A DNA stretch of 64,000 nt from Octopus sinensis (GCF_006345805.1 NC_043001.1:85870001-85934000), one strand, 5' to 3'. Counted from the stretch's first letter, positions 36,996 to 52,225 are shown. Notes: generated by a model not told the origin, from the letters alone. A program made the numbers and translations.

Positions 36996-37720
36996 TAGCA
37001 ATATTCTGAATATGTTGTGTTCAATAACATGAATGCATTCAATACCCCTATTAATGGATCTATGAGTATTAGATATACGAACGAGTAGGTAATTATAGGG
37101 CATAGGTTTCCTTGATCTAGTCAAATGTGAACTATATGTGTGTGTGTGCGCGCGCGTGTGTGTGTGTGCAGAGTGATATACACTCTGTATACTCAGTGAT
37201 TTATCGCTCTGTGTAAACACCAGTATAACATGGCTATGCAATATTGAATGGTAAACTATAAACTCGAACCCTGCCACAAGGATACGCAGAGTTCCTTACT
37301 AATCCAAGCAATATTGTTAGCCTGGTATGCTAACAAAGAGCTTAGAAAGTATTCTATTTAGATTGATAATAACTCAATAATAACTATGTATTTATCTATG
37401 TATATTGTACAACCAATCACTAAGTTAAGTAAAATACGAGAACCCGTCATTGTTGACTATAAGCATTACAGTTACTCGATCAAGAGAACTGCTAGCAAAC
37501 TGAATCATAGCAGTTGAGTAATACTCAACTAGTTACCTGCTAATTCAATGAGCTGGAAGTTCGGTTTGAATGGACGTGACACAGTGTGTAGTAAGGCTGG
37601 GCTTTTGAATTAGAAATGCAATAAATCTGAAGTACTTCTGCACTATCTGTCAAATTTTGTTTTATAAGACTTGGATCAAACCGAGGTTATAGTAAACAAA
37701 AAGACTTGCTTAAAATATGT

Positions 37721-37890
37721 GGGGGTGCGTGGCTTAGTGGTTAGGGTGTTGGACTCATGATCGTATGATTGTGGTTTCGATTCCTGGACCGAGGCGACAG
37801 ACTGGCTTCTCGTCCAGTTGGGGAATGTATAGACCATGGAAACCGGGAAACTAGCCTTATGAGTCGGGATGACTTGGGAAGGAACTTTAC
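37721..37890 (+). mobile_element. Internally deleted SINE (family of 4370-4637)
   Basis: gtgcgtggcttagtggttagggtgttggactcatgatcg head. Confidence 0.7.
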
Positions 37891-37979
37891 TTTGCTACTA
37901 AGATACCATCAAGTAAGATTGGATCCAGGTTCTTACGACTATGGTACGACTTTCTTTATCAGTTTGCCATGCCGATATA

Positions 37980-38189
37980 CTCTCTTTACTCTTTTACTTG
38001 TTTCAGTCATTTGACTGCGGCCATGCTGGAGCACCGCCTTTAGTCGAGCAAATCGACTCCAGGGCTTATTCTTTGTAAGCCCAGTACTTATTCCATCGGT
38101 CTCTTTTGCCGAACCGCTAAGTGACGGGGACGTAAACACACCAGCATCGGTTGTCAAGCAATGCTAGGTTGACACAAACACACACACAT

Positions 38190-38226
<37 letters not shown>

Positions 38227-38386
38227 TACGACAGGCTTCTTTCAGTTTCCGTCTACCAAATCCACTCACAAGGCATTGGTCGGCCTGGGGCTATAGCAGA
38301 AGACACTTGCCCAAGATTCCACGCAGTGGGACTGAACCCGGAACCATGTAGTTGGTTAGCAAGCTACTTACCACACAGCCACTCCT
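37980..38386 (-). mobile_element. Bipartite SINE, near full length
   Basis: Family of 14800-15250. Confidence 0.85.
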
Positions 38387-39684
38387 TTAATTTTCTATTA
38401 ATCCTTTTAAACTGCGAATACGCTTTAGCGGGTGTGATTTCGTTTGACTTTACTCCTAGAATACGCAAACTAGAGCTGTCACATGGTTTTGTGTTTACGA
38501 CTGAAAATGATAATGTTTCTGTCCATTACCGAGCTGTAAACACTGGCACAGATTCAAATGTGGCTGTCTGCTTTTGCGTTTGCAGGGATATGTCCAAATG
38601 AAATCGTGCCCTAAAATGCGTAACTGCAGTTTCAAAGAGTTTAAGCTATCAATAGCTTTCTATTAAAACAGTTGTGTACCATACGGCTAGCAATAACAAC
38701 GTTTCTCCTAATTGGTGAACCGTAAACGCCAGAGAAATAAAAGAAAGCATATGGCTGCCCGATTTTGCGTCATTCAAGGGGTAAACTCAAACAAAATCAG
38801 GCCCATTAATGCTAACTCTTAGTTTCAAAGAGTTAAAGCTAACATAGGCGTTCTATTAAAACACTTGCACAGCAGCATCGATAATAGTTGTTTGTCAACA
38901 ATAAGTTTGTATAAGTAGTTTTACAGTTATTAGTCAGTCAATGATAGGAGACAAGAAATACAGTCAGTCTGTTACACAGTAGTAAGAACAATCAATTCCT
39001 TGTTTGACAATCACGGTTTTTGCACAATAGCTATAAGAATCAATATATTGTCTTCTACTCTAAAACTTATATCGCAAAAATTCCCGAGAAGTATTCAGAC
39101 TCCACGAAGCTTTGTAAAAGCATTTCCCATTCTCTTTATTTCCGTTAGTTGGGGTTTATTTTTAGCTTTTTTTTTTAGTTTTCTTTTATACTTTCAAATG
39201 AAGAGAATAATCCGAACAAACTTTTAAAATGAGAGTAGTGAAGATGAGGGCGGTTGTTAAACTAAAATAATTCTTTTCCTTTTTTCTTTTTTTTTTTTCT
39301 TTTACCTTAAGTGGTACGAGTAGGTGGCAAACTAGAGAACTATTTACCTCTGTACAAAAGGCATTTTTTTTCCTTGCAGTTTTACAACCGTTATTTCATT
39401 TGCATCAAATTATTTGTTCTTGTCTCTATAGGGCAACAAGACAACATGGCTCACTTTTTTTGTTTGTATGCTAAAATAAACTAGTTTGAAATGTGCATAA
39501 AATCTTATCTTTTAAAATGAAATAAGTGATAAGGGAGAATAAATAAACGGAAAGCAACCTAGGAAAACAATCAAACACTGAAAAGAACCATTGTTAGCCT
39601 TGTTTGTTGTTTTGTTCTCTGATTACGTATGTGTATCTGTTTGTGTGTATGTGCGTGTGTATGTAAGTATGTATTTGTTTATAC

Positions 39685-39737
<53 letters not shown>

Positions 39738-39836
39738 TATACGTATGTACATGCATGTGTGTATATGTATATATATGTGTTTTGTGTGCGTGTATGTGTA
39801 AGTATATATATGTATGTAAATGTATATAAGCATATA

Positions 39837-39876
<40 letters not shown>

Positions 39877-40027
39877 ATATATGCGTGTGTGTGCATGTAT
39901 GTACGTACGTACACACAGGTTTGCCTACATTTACATACATATATACAGGTGTTTGTGTGCGCACTTGCGTGTACATGATATAGGTGTGTGTATGTTTGTA
40001 CGTAGATATGCATGTATGTATGTATGC

Positions 40028-40081
<54 letters not shown>

Positions 40082-40977
40082 TGTGCGTGTGTGTGTGTGT
40101 GCGTGTGCGTTTGTGTGCGTGCGTGTGTGTGATTTCAATCAATATTTCCCTGCAGCAAGCAACTCCTATTTACTTTCTGAACCAAAGTCAGACAAAAGAT
40201 GGCACAACAAAATCTAATATGATCAGATCCTATTGTACTGATATATTTCCTGTGTGTCTACATTGCAATATATCGCAGCGCAGCTATGTCGAATGGAGAA
40301 AACTGGGTGAAATAAATAAATAAATAAATAAAGATGGCAACGTATAGTGTGGAATATATGTACAGCATGTGTCATTTCTGTTTTTGCCGCTCTACCAAAC
40401 AATTACTCTTCATACAATTCATATTTGATTCCAGTATGTCATTTGTTTTGTATTTGTTTTAATTTAATTTAATTTTTATTTTATAATCTGTATTAATCTG
40501 TATTTTGCTTCCTTTTTATTTTAAAAGTCAAATTATTGCAAAGTTAGTGAAAGATAATTTCAATTAACATTTTAGCAAAAAAAAAAAGTACTCCGGTGCT
40601 TTTAGTCTGTTACATATACCTTTTCTCTTTCTCTCTCCCCTCTTCTCTGCGTCTCTCCCTACCCCACCCTCTCTCTCTCTCTCTCTCTCAATCTATCTAT
40701 CTATCTACCCATTTATCTATCTACTTCTCTATCACATTCTCTCCTGTCAATCTCTCTGTCTATCTCTTTCTCTTCCCATACCACCCTCTCTCATGCCTGT
40801 CTGTTTGTCTCTTGCTCTCTTTCTCTTACTTTTCTATCACCATGTTCTGTCAGTCTGTCTATCTCTCTTTCCCTCTCTGCCTTTCTCTGTCACCTTCTCG
40901 GCTGCCTCTATCTGTCTACCTGTCTTTCATCTCTCTTACCCTCTCACTTGTTTCTCTGCCTGCTTCTCTGTCTCTCC

Positions 40978-41016
<39 letters not shown>

Positions 41017-41194
41017 TCTCCTCATGCCTCTCTCTTTCACTCTCTCTCGTAACAGAAGTTCATCCAAAGTAGAACAGTAATGGCTTATATGATGAAATAA
41101 GTTTAAAGGAGTTATTTCTTTTTCTGTTGGTGTAGAGAAAGAAAAAATTGTGATACATATTGATAAGAGGATAGAAACTATGATATAAATACAT

Positions 41195-41234
<40 letters not shown>

Positions 41235-41509
41235 GTACGCACACAAAAACACATACGCACACAAAATTCCGACGGATAAATAGTCGAATATATATTTAGA
41301 TAAAATACTAACGGGAGTAACTGATAGACAAATAAATAAATAAATAAATAAATAAATAAATAGTGGAGATAAGCAGAGAAAGAAAATGAACAAGAAAAAC
41401 TGGAAATGATTTTATATTTAGAAAACCTAAGACAGAAAGGAAGACATCTGCAAATATATAATTGATATATTTCATGGAGATGAGTCTACAGAAAGACAAA
41501 TACTCTGCC

Positions 41510-41936
41510 TAGTCGTGCTTCTCCCCCTCCTCTTCCTCCTTCTTTTTCTTCTCCTTTCATCATCATCATCGCTATCATCATCATCATCATCATCGTCGTC
41601 GTCACCACTACCACCACCACCACCGCCACCATCTGTAGTATCATCATCATCACCATCATCATCACCGTTGTCGTTGTCATCATTAACGTCGTCATCATCA
41701 TCATCATCATCATCATCAACAACAACATCATCATCATCGTTACCACCACCACCTCCATCATCATCATTCTTCACCGACATAACCACCATCACCACCACTA
41801 CAACCACCATCTGTAGTATCATCATCATCATCATCATCATCATCACCCCCGCCACCACCACCTCCATCATCATCATTCTTCACCGACATAACCACCGCCA
41901 CCACCACCACTACAACCACCATCTGTAGTATGATTG

Positions 41937-41970
<34 letters not shown>
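41510..41970. repeat. (CAT)n/(CAC)n compound repeat with three internally duplicated units
   Basis: accaccatctgtagtat recurs three times. Confidence 0.85.
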
Positions 41971-42523
41971 TATTATTACTTCGTCTTATTGACGTAAATA
42001 CGACCGGATATATTTTAGAAATTCATTTCGCAATCGTGCACCTTCGGTTTCGATAGCACTGCGTAACCTCTTGCAGCCAGTGGGGTTTCGTTCTAGAACT
42101 TCAGGTCGATCATTTGAGATCAGATATTGGATATATAAAACCAGTAGCAGAGCATAGGCTGCACTGTACGTATAGTTCGAAGTTGCTGCCTTTGCACACG
42201 TTGCGTCATGCTGATATTTTGCCCGAGAATTACGTTATTGATAGAATTGTCTGCGGAATACTCGGTCATTTACATAGCTAATTGAATAAGTAGATGATCT
42301 ATTTGATCGAACCACTGAAATACTCAGTTTTGAAAATAACGGAGAATCGATTAGATTTTGTAAATTTATGGCTGTGTGGTTAAGAAGCTCGCTTTGCAGT
42401 CAAGCTGTTGCAGGTTCAGTCTCAATGCGAGAAACAGTGGGCCTCAGTGCCTTCCACTCTGGATCCGAGCCGACAAATGCATCGGGAGGAAATTTCAGGG
42501 AAGGAACTAGTTTAGAAGTTCAT

Positions 42524-42605
<82 letters not shown>

Positions 42606-42922
42606 TTTGTCTCAAATAAATTTATATATATATATATATATAATTTATGTGAAATAGAAAGATGAATAATCTTGTAGTAGATTAATCAAAAGTTTAACCG
42701 ATACCTTAGTAGCAAAAATCACAGCAGTAAACAGATTTGTTTTTGCTCCGCCTCTGTTCTGTTTTTGTTTTTCCAACGGATTTCCTATTTTCTTCCTGAA
42801 GAGAAAGACACAATATGGCATCGGATTTTGGTAATTTGTGCCTTTCGAAACACGTGTAGAATGAAATAAAACGATTTTTGTCAATCTGCGTTCAGCTCCA
42901 TTTCTTCAATTCACCAATAATG

Positions 42923-42963
<41 letters not shown>

Positions 42964-43133
42964 GAAGAAGAAGAAGAAGAAGAAGAAGAAGAAGAAGAAG
43001 AAGAAGAAGAAGAAGAAGAAGAAGAAGAAGAAGAGAAGAAGAAGAGAAGAAGAAGAAGAAGAAGAAGAAGAAGAAGAAGAAGAAGAAGAAGAAGAAGAAG
43101 AGAAGAAGAAGAAGAAGACCACAACTACAACTA

Positions 43134-43687
43134 TTTGGTTGTCCGGAAAGTTCGTGCCGATTTTTAAAAGAAAGTAAAAGGTCAATAAATACTTGCCATT
43201 ACACTTTTGATCAACCAAATATGAACCATTTTGTAGCACAATGCTTCTCCATCTTTACTTTAATTTGAAAATACACTCTTCCCAGAATTGAGGTGGTTTC
43301 ATGGCAAATGATTCATCAAGGTATCTTTTTACGTCATCCAAAGAATTGAAATTTTTACCATTAAGACTATTCTGCAGAGACCTGAATAAGTGGAAATCCG
43401 AAGGAGCAATATCTGGTAAATATGAAGGGTGGGTTAACACATCCCAGCCGAGCCGCAGCAATTTTTGTCTGGTTCCCAAAGCATCAAGTGCCGAAAATGA
43501 ACTTTCTTATCTTTCATTTTAAAGGGTTACAGGATTAATACAGGTTATAGGAACATAAGTCTTCCTCCACGAAAAGATAGCTTAAACTGTGCTCTAAATG
43601 GAGGTGTAGTCAAATCCTATTTTATGGACTCAACCATGTTCTAAAATAAGCTACTATAAATCGGCACGAACTTTCCGGACAACCCAA
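43134..43687 (-). mobile_element. Internally deleted mariner with both TIRs and TA TSD
   Basis: TIRs t(t/t)ggttgtccggaaagttcgtgccgattt at 43134-43163 and the mirror at 43658-43687; TA at 43132-43133 and 43688-43689. WDVLTHPSYLPDIAPSDFHLFRSL matches the HPPYSPDLAPSDYHLF motif. Confidence 0.92.
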
Positions 43688-45551
43688 TACAACCATTATC
43701 ACTATCGTGGTCGCTACCACATCTAACATTCGCCAACATATCACTACAACTGCAGCCGATGCTGCTACTAAAATCAACACATCAACATTCAATCATCAAA
43801 CTAACCACTTAACTACACCCATACTACACCAAGATTCTACCAACCACTACTACCGTCCCTTCTACCAAAAATACCATCACGAACATCATCATCATCATCA
43901 TATTGACACCACACCAACATACAGCCACCACCACCAACACCAGCATAGCTAATACTTCACTGGCGTACCACCACTTCTACCAATACTGCAATCCTCACCA
44001 CCACCACTACCACTATCGTGAATACAAATGTGACCACTACCACTACTACAGCAATATACTATTGCAACCACTGACTCAACAATTACGGCAGCATACCACT
44101 ACCTCTATCACGCCACCAGTCACATCACCACCATTTCAATTATTAACACCACCACCAACAACAACAATACCACTTCCACCAACATAATAACTACTGCCGC
44201 TGCCACCACGGCTACATCTCATCTCAGAGTCAGTACCATCAGTGCAACTACATATCACCACTTGCATCAACAGCAACAGCCAACCCGCCATCCCAACCCC
44301 ACCACCACCACTTCCACCATCGCCATCGTAATTATATCTACCATCACCAATACATCTAATAACCTTACCAACATTTCATCACCACAACTACCAGCACATC
44401 AACTACCACCAAACCACCACAAACACCGCCACCACCAGTTCCACCATCGCCATCATAATTATTTCCACCATCACCAATACATCTAATAACCTTACCAACA
44501 TTTCACCACCACCACCACAACCACCAATACTCCAAACACTACCAACAACGGAACCACCACCACCACCACCACCACCACTTCTACCATCGCCATCATAATT
44601 ATTTCTACCATCACCAATACATCTAAAAACCTTACCAACATTTCACCACCACAACTACCACCAAAGCACCACCACCACCACAACCACCACAACCACCAAT
44701 ACTCCAAACACCACCAACAACACAACCACCATCACCAACACCAACACCACAACCACCGCAAGCAACATATTCCCCACCACCGCCATCAGTAGTAGCATTG
44801 ACATCGGCCTTTGTTCATGCATGATTTCTTGTTTATATGTACACAGACATAACAGACCAAAAAGGTCTCACTGGTGCCTGAATGTCTACCACAAATAAGG
44901 AGGTACTAATGTGGCCTTTTGATACTTTTTAACAGTAATGTGGCAATTTCTGTGTAAAATACCAATTTGAATATTGTTATAATCAATTAGACATTACCCA
45001 CCCTCGTCACAGACACACGCGCACAAAACCCATACTCGTGTCTGTGTATATGTATATATATGTATGGATGTATGCATGTATGTATGTATTATATGCATAT
45101 ATAAATACACACACACACACATATGTATGTATGTATGTATTTATGTATATATATGTGTGTGTGTGTGTGTGTGAATATTTATATTCATATAAATGCATAC
45201 ATTTATATATATCTACACACAAACGCGTGCACAAACACACATACACACATATGCACACAAACTCATCAACACACAGCCGTGTGTGTTAGGAAGTTCAGTT
45301 CTCAATCTTAAGACACCCCGATACAAACTACTACCTACAACGGAGTATAAGGCAAGTGTACTCTCCACCACCCCGATAGCTTTATGATGAACCAACTCTT
45401 GCAAGTGAGATTAGGGAGATTGAAAAAGCGCTCGAGACTGCCCGTTAATATACTTAGAACTTTGAACTACTCGGGGATAACCTAACACAAGAGCCTTCTC
45501 AGCTTAGGTTTGTGTATGTGTGCATGTGTGTGTGTGTATTTGTGTGTGAGT

Positions 45552-45614
<63 letters not shown>

Positions 45615-46074
45615 GTCCTTTTTCTTTCCCTTACAATTCTTCAACGAACCCTTGTTTGCTATGACAGCTCGGTCACTCCCCTCAATAATACGCATAGTTT
45701 TTCGATACATCATGCTATGATGCTCCTCGACATCACACCGCTGATGTTTCTGGACACCTTCACCCACACGAACCAGCCCCTGCGGGTATCAAGGTGGCAC
45801 TACTCATCGTAGCACTGCCCTTTCCGGTGCTCGCACCTACCCGTCCTCAACATTTTGAGACAGACAGACCAGAATAATTTAGTTCCGGATAGTAATTTTA
45901 CGCGGTTGGCTATTTATCAAGGCACCGCTCTGTTACAAGCGATTATCTGACGCATCACCGTTTGACTTTAGTGACCCAAACTCTACAAGAGGATATGCGT
46001 TGACTTTTATTTGTTTTGGATATTGGTCTGCGGCCAGCCTGGAGCTCCATCACGATGGGATTTTTAAGAACAAA

Positions 46075-46758
46075 TCGTCCCCAGTGTATATTTTTAAGCA
46101 CGATACTGCTTATTCTATAGGTATCACTTGTCGAACCGCCAGGTTACAGGGACGTAAGTAAATAAACACTGGTTGTTAAGTGGTGCTGGGAAACAAATGC
46201 AAATACATACACAAGCGCGTGCACACACGCACACAAACACACACGCACGCACACACGCATGCACACGCAGTAGCCACTCACACGCATACACATACCCGCG
46301 CACGCACACTCTCACTCACACACGCACACAAACACACACACACGCAAATACATACACACACGCACATACGCATAGACTCACACGCACGCACACACGCGCA
46401 CACCCATATACACGCGCCTGCACACACACACATACGCACGCGCGCGCATACGCTCACGCACACACGCATGCACACGCGGGCACACACGCACACGCATACA
46501 CGCGCGCACACACACACGTGCACGCACACTCTCACTCACACACGCACGCACACAAACACACACACACACACGCTAACACACTCACACAGACACATATGTA
46601 CCACGGATTTCTTTCTTTCAATTCCCGTCTTCCAAATCCACTGACGCGGTTTTAGTCGGCCCGCGGCTACAACGGAAAACACTTATACAAGTCACCATAC
46701 ACGCAGATTGAAACCAGAATCATGTGGTTGGTAAGGAAACTCTTACTACACAGTCACA
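46075..46758 (-). mobile_element. Bipartite SINE with expanded (CA)-rich centre
   Basis: Both halves are recognisable around a ~410-bp degenerate (CA/CG)n tract. Confidence 0.7.
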
Positions 46759-47067
46759 CCAATGTAGCTCTAATAACTTTTCTTAAGACACAATAATGTT
46801 TTAATATCGTTTCTATAGTCGTGGCCGCCACATAATGAATTGTCGTTACTGCCTTATATGATTATTTTTGTTGGTGTCCTATCTTTACATTCGTTCTGAT
46901 CCTTTTCAACTATGTTCGTAGTTGGGTATTGATATTTTCACGTGAACCTATCACCAGTCATATCACGTCCAATTGTTCATTGCACAACCTGCGTATTTCC
47001 CACTTCAGTTCATCATAATTGTTTGCTTTTTCTCCTCTCTTCAATCCTATTGTCACATCATCATCAA

Positions 47068-47123
<56 letters not shown>

Positions 47124-47134
47124 CCATCATACGC

Positions 47135-47502
47135 TACTCTTTACTCATTTACTTGTTTCAGTCATTTGAGCACCGCCTTTAGTCGATCAAATCGACCCCA
47201 GGACTTATTCTTTGTAAGCCTAGTACTTATTCTATCGGAGTCTGTTGCCGAACCGCTAAGTTACGAGGACTAAACACACCACCACCGGTTGTCAAGCGAT
47301 ATTGGGGGGACAAACATAGACACAAACATATACACACACATACATATATATGACGGGCTTTCTTCAGTTTCCGTCTACCAAATCCATTCACAATGCTTTG
47401 GTCGGCCCGAGGTTATAGTAGAAGACACTTGCGCAAGTTGCCACGCAGTGGGACTGAACCCGGAACCATGTGGTTAGTAAACAAGCTACTTACCACACAG
47501 CC
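47135..47502 (-). mobile_element. Bipartite SINE
   Basis: Family of 14800-15250. Confidence 0.8.
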
Positions 47503-47767
47503 TGTTATCATTATTATTATTATTATAGTTAGTATTATTAACCTAGCCAGCTGGAAGAATCCTTACCAACTAGCACAATATGCGCAACGGCATACCTTCC
47601 GCCTTTTTATTTTCTCAGTTCGAATTCCGCCGTGATCGATTTTGCCTTTCATCCTTTCTGGGTCGATAAAATAAGTATCAGTTAAACATTGGCGTAGGTG
47701 TAATTGACCCCGCTCCTCAAAACAGCTGGCTCTATGCCAAAATTTCTAACTATTATTATTATTATTA

Positions 47768-47822
<55 letters not shown>

Positions 47823-47878
47823 CATCATCATCATCATCATTATTTATTAATTAATTAATTAATTCATTTATTTATTTA

Positions 47879-48089
47879 TCTTTGTACCTGATTTCATGTA
47901 GTTTCTATAATGTAATTATTGAGAATTAGTTTGTGTAATATTTTGTCTACTTTGTACCAGGAACCGGGCATTAGTCTTATCTCAGGTTACGTAATTTTGG
48001 ACCTATGAAAACTATAGAGTACGACCAGTGAGTTCATGATAATGTCTGTAATTTTAGCAAGTAAAAATCTACACTTACTTCTTAACCAA
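47879..48089. repeat. ~210-bp interspersed repeat, copy 1
   Basis: Homologous to 52968-53177 with the same ends, and preceded by (TTA)n/(TTTA)n. Confidence 0.8.
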
Positions 48090-48172
48090 TTGGCTGCTTC
48101 TTAGCGTTTCAGCTGAGATCAATATATACTTTAGAATTTAATAATCTGTAACCAAAACAGATGTGTGTGTAT

Positions 48173-48218
<46 letters not shown>

Positions 48219-49097
48219 TGTGTGTGTGTGTGTGAGATAGAGAGAGAGAGAGTGGGTGAGTGTGGGGACAGATGTGTCCTGCGTTAAAGTTTTGTTTAGG
48301 AGACATTATTTTTAACAGAGAATTAAGCCTTTGCTATTAAATTTAAGAAGCTAAATTTGGAGTCAAATCCATGTTATGATACCATAGCGGATTAATGATG
48401 TTTTTATATCAGAGTCAATAAAGGCTAATTGCCAGTACATGTGCTAAAGAGGGTTTTGGCTTACTCCAGTAGTTTCCTGATATGAAATTTACTCGAAAGT
48501 ATCTGAACGTTTAAGGTGCGACGGTCTAAGTGGTATGCATTCATATTCGGTAAAGTTAGTTCACTTTCTCCTATTAATATATTTATTGAGTATTCCTTTA
48601 TTGCATTTCTTTGGAATGTTATTTTTATCTACAATATCTGTACGATATCTGTTGTAACATCATGCTTTTGAAACGACATCTGGTTATATAATATGCGTGT
48701 TGTAAGGTTTTCTTGAAATGATATCTTGATATGCAACAATGTTGTATCTATCGATCGTAAATCTTTGCAACGAAGTCTTGACATACAATCTGCGTGTTGT
48801 AGCATAAGAGTATGACTACAGCATATCATGTCTGACAAATGATATAGAAAACAACTAATATACATTCATGTATAAATATGCTTGTTTGATTGTGTGTGCG
48901 TGTGTGTGCGTCTGTGAGTGTGTGCGTGCGCGCGTGTGTGTCTTTATATATATTCATAAACATTTTTTTTCATATTGTCAAACATATACTGCAAAATAAT
49001 GCAAAATAACCTAAAACATAAATTCATATATAAACATATATATCTGCCTGTATACATACATGTATGTGTGTTTATGAATATATATATTTATAAATAT

Positions 49098-49260
49098 ATA
49101 TATATAGGAGAATTCACAAAAAGAGCAAAAGACAGGTGGTGTAGACAACAAACAGATGCATTAGTACAACGCTCGGGAAGTGAAAAAGTCTTTAAGGTTT
49201 CGAGCCTACGCTCTTCCACAGAAACGAACGCAGAAAAGAAACCAGGAGAGAAAATAATGA
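49098..49260 (-). mobile_element. Solo 3' end of the Penelope-like family at 31953-33592
   Basis: gaagagcgtaggctcgaaac...cttcccgagcgtt...tgttgtctacacca...gtgaattctcc-(TA)n. Confidence 0.85.
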
Positions 49261-49399
49261 ATGTATAGAGGCTAGCTCTCTGCCACAAGCATACTGGAAC
49301 TGGTAAGAAGTTCGTATTTATACACGTCACTGCTTACTGATGTCACTCTGAGGTTCATTTACGCTAAGCTGCCGAACAGCACTACCAGTCATTGAATGA

Positions 49400-49810
49400 A
49401 TGATGACGGGAATATCATTAGAGAGATATGGTCTCTTTTGTCAGCTCGTGACAATGTCATGTGCAATTTCTGCTGCTGAAAAGTAAATAACTACTCCTAA
49501 ATGCATACATTCCAGTCCGGTCAGATGGGTTAGCAAGCTGGTTTAGTATATTTATACCCATTTGTCAACAGAGAGAAATTTTCAAATTGAAAAGTGCAGT
49601 GAATGGGTTACATACAGGTTCCAATACGTCTCAAACATATGGAAGCTCCTTGAACAACTAGGGACTTATATAACTGGGAGAAAACGATGTAAGCTTTGCT
49701 TAACAGAGAGAGCAAGAATCCTAATAAATCCACTTGACCCGAAAACCTCATCAAACTCCAGGAAGAAGTACTTTGTCAGTACCCACATTTAAAGCGTTTC
49801 CTACTACAAG
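49400..49810 (+). mobile_element. Degenerate Penelope-like GIY-YIG C-terminus (second family)
   Basis: YITGRKRCKLCLTERARILINP...SSNSRK resembles the Y....K.C.LCL.EK..I...LN.R.E motif. Confidence 0.6.
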
Positions 49811-50824
49811 CTTGAAATTTTCAATTCATTGACTGGGACCAACGCAACGTCTTCGAATATCACACCGGCCGGAGCCAATGTAAGGAAGATAACCCCTTCT
49901 CGCCTGAAGCACACTCCGCACGGAGAAATATTCTTAAACCAACTGACCATAACGTATTTGTTGCTCCAGCTGTTGAAAGATTATGCGCTTTAGTCCATCT
50001 AAGTCTAACGAGTCACCTGTAATGCGAAGCTCTTTATAGGTACGCAACTAATGATCACTCTATGACCGAACATGTGTGTGTGTGTGTGAGACTGTCTGTC
50101 TGTCTGTCTGTCTGCGTGTGTGTGTCCCTGAGTGCGTGCGCATTTCAGATATCTTGGAATATCTGATTAGATAGTGTTTTACGCCCACCGAACATTAAAT
50201 AACTTAGAACCAAATCGCCAACAACAGACCTTCATCAACTTCGCTGTTGTGTGAAGTAGCAGCGTCGTGGTATATACGACTTTGTCAGCTCTGTGTATTA
50301 TTTGAGATAGATTTGGATCGCGAAGTAAGGTTCGTGTGTCTGGATAGTGGAGGTGAGTCGGTGGTAGTGTACGTTGCTAACAGCGAAAGCGGAACATTCA
50401 GATTAATAATCACATGCTCCATCAACCGTAGTAAGGCGCTTATTGTCCCGCTCTTTAATGGCAATGACCCACGGCAATGATCCGTTCGATCTATGCTGTG
50501 ATCGAGTGGGATTAGCTGATGAAAGGGGAGATGCCTGCTCGAACATTTTCCTTTTGTTTGACAGGTACTGATTGGGTGTCTTGAACCCACAATATGGAAA
50601 TGATTCAACTGCATCGACTGATCCAGATCATATTTTGTTTGAGTCAGAAGAAAGGGGTAATCTATTGTGTCCACATTTTGCATTGGTTGGACACACAGAC
50701 TACACAATTGAGATCTGCACCTCGTTCTCGAAGCGCAAAACATGTTTCTGGTAAATTAATGAATTAGTAAAGTAGGGGTCGATTGGTGCCTCGTCAAAAG
50801 CCGATGTTGATTATTCTGAAGAGA

Positions 50825-50967
50825 ATACCGTTCTATATTTAAGAGATGAGGAATTATGTACATTATTTACATTTGACAGATATTTGTCCTCATCTTCTTT
50901 GTTTAACAACAATCAAGATGAGGACAAATATCTGTCAAATATAAATGATGTGATAATGTAAATAATG
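50825..50967. mobile_element. Short asymmetric palindrome from the 3' tail of the 24502-25131 family, with 13-bp TSD
   Basis: TSD tattctgaagaga at 50812-50824 and 50968-50980; arms share gatgaggacaaatatc and atgtaaataatgt with 25059-25131. Confidence 0.8.
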
Positions 50968-51204
50968 TATTCTGAAGAGAGACCTACTACCAGCCACAGA
51001 CGAAAGATCTTAAACTTTTAAGTTTTATACTGGTGTTGATGGAATAAACTAATGCAATCCTCTCAGATTTTTTTCTCTACCGCAAAGCAGGAACAACTAT
51101 ATTTTATCTTGTACTCTTTGTGATCAAGATGAATCTCGATATAGGAGATTCCTTAACTGGCTCTAGTTGAAGGTTATCTTGCATCAAGGGGAATTGCATC
51201 ATAT

Positions 51205-51615
51205 ATATATACTCTTTTACTTGTTTCAGTCATTTGAGTGCGGCCATGCCGGAGCACCACCTTTAGTCGGGCAAATCGACACAGGACTTATTCTTTGTAA
51301 GCTCAGTACTTATTCTATCGGCGTCTTTTGCCGAACCGCTAAGTTATGGAGGGCGTAAACACACCAGCATCGGTTGTCAAGTGATGTTGAGGGGACAATC
51401 ACAGACACACAAACATATACACACACATGCATACATATATATAGATATATATATACGACGGGCTTCTCTCAGTTTCCGTCTACCAAATCCACTCACAAGG
51501 CTTTGGTCGGCTCGAGGCTACAGTAGAAGACACTTGCAAAAGGCGCCACGCAGTCGGACTGAACGCCGAACTATGCGGTTCATATGCAAGTTACTTACCA
51601 CAGAGCCACTCCTAC
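51205..51615 (-). mobile_element. Bipartite SINE
   Basis: Family of 14800-15250. Confidence 0.8.
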
Positions 51616-51696
51616 ACCCATGTTCACTTATTTTGCATTCTATGTACATTTTTATCTCATTAGCCCCACATCTTATTATTATTATTATTATTATTA

Positions 51697-51727
<31 letters not shown>

Positions 51728-51888
51728 ACTATCGTCGTCATCATTATCATCATCATCATTATCATCATCATCATCATCACCATCGTAATCATCATCAAAA
51801 TCGTTAGCACGCCAAACAAAATGCTTATAGGCATTTCGTCAAATTCCTTCGAATTATTATTATTATTATATTATTATTATCATCATCA

Positions 51889-51958
<70 letters not shown>

Positions 51959-52225
51959 CATTATTAAGGCGGCGAGTAGTATTTCGTTTATCACTGCGTT
52001 AAGAGTTCAAATTCCGCTGAGGTCGACTTTCCCTTTCCTCCTTTCGGGGTCGATAAAATAAGTAGCAGTTGAATACTGGGGTCAACGAAATCGACTCATC
52101 CCCAACTCTCACAAGCTGCCCTCGTGAAAAAAATTTTAAATAATAATAAATATAATTATTTTTATTATTGTTGTTGTTGTTATAATTATCATCATCATCA
52201 CCACTATTATTATTATTATTATTGA

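Noticed and set aside
50230-50760. Overlapping ORFs of 60-152 aa
   Set aside because: No consistent domain in any frame; probably a decayed repeat.
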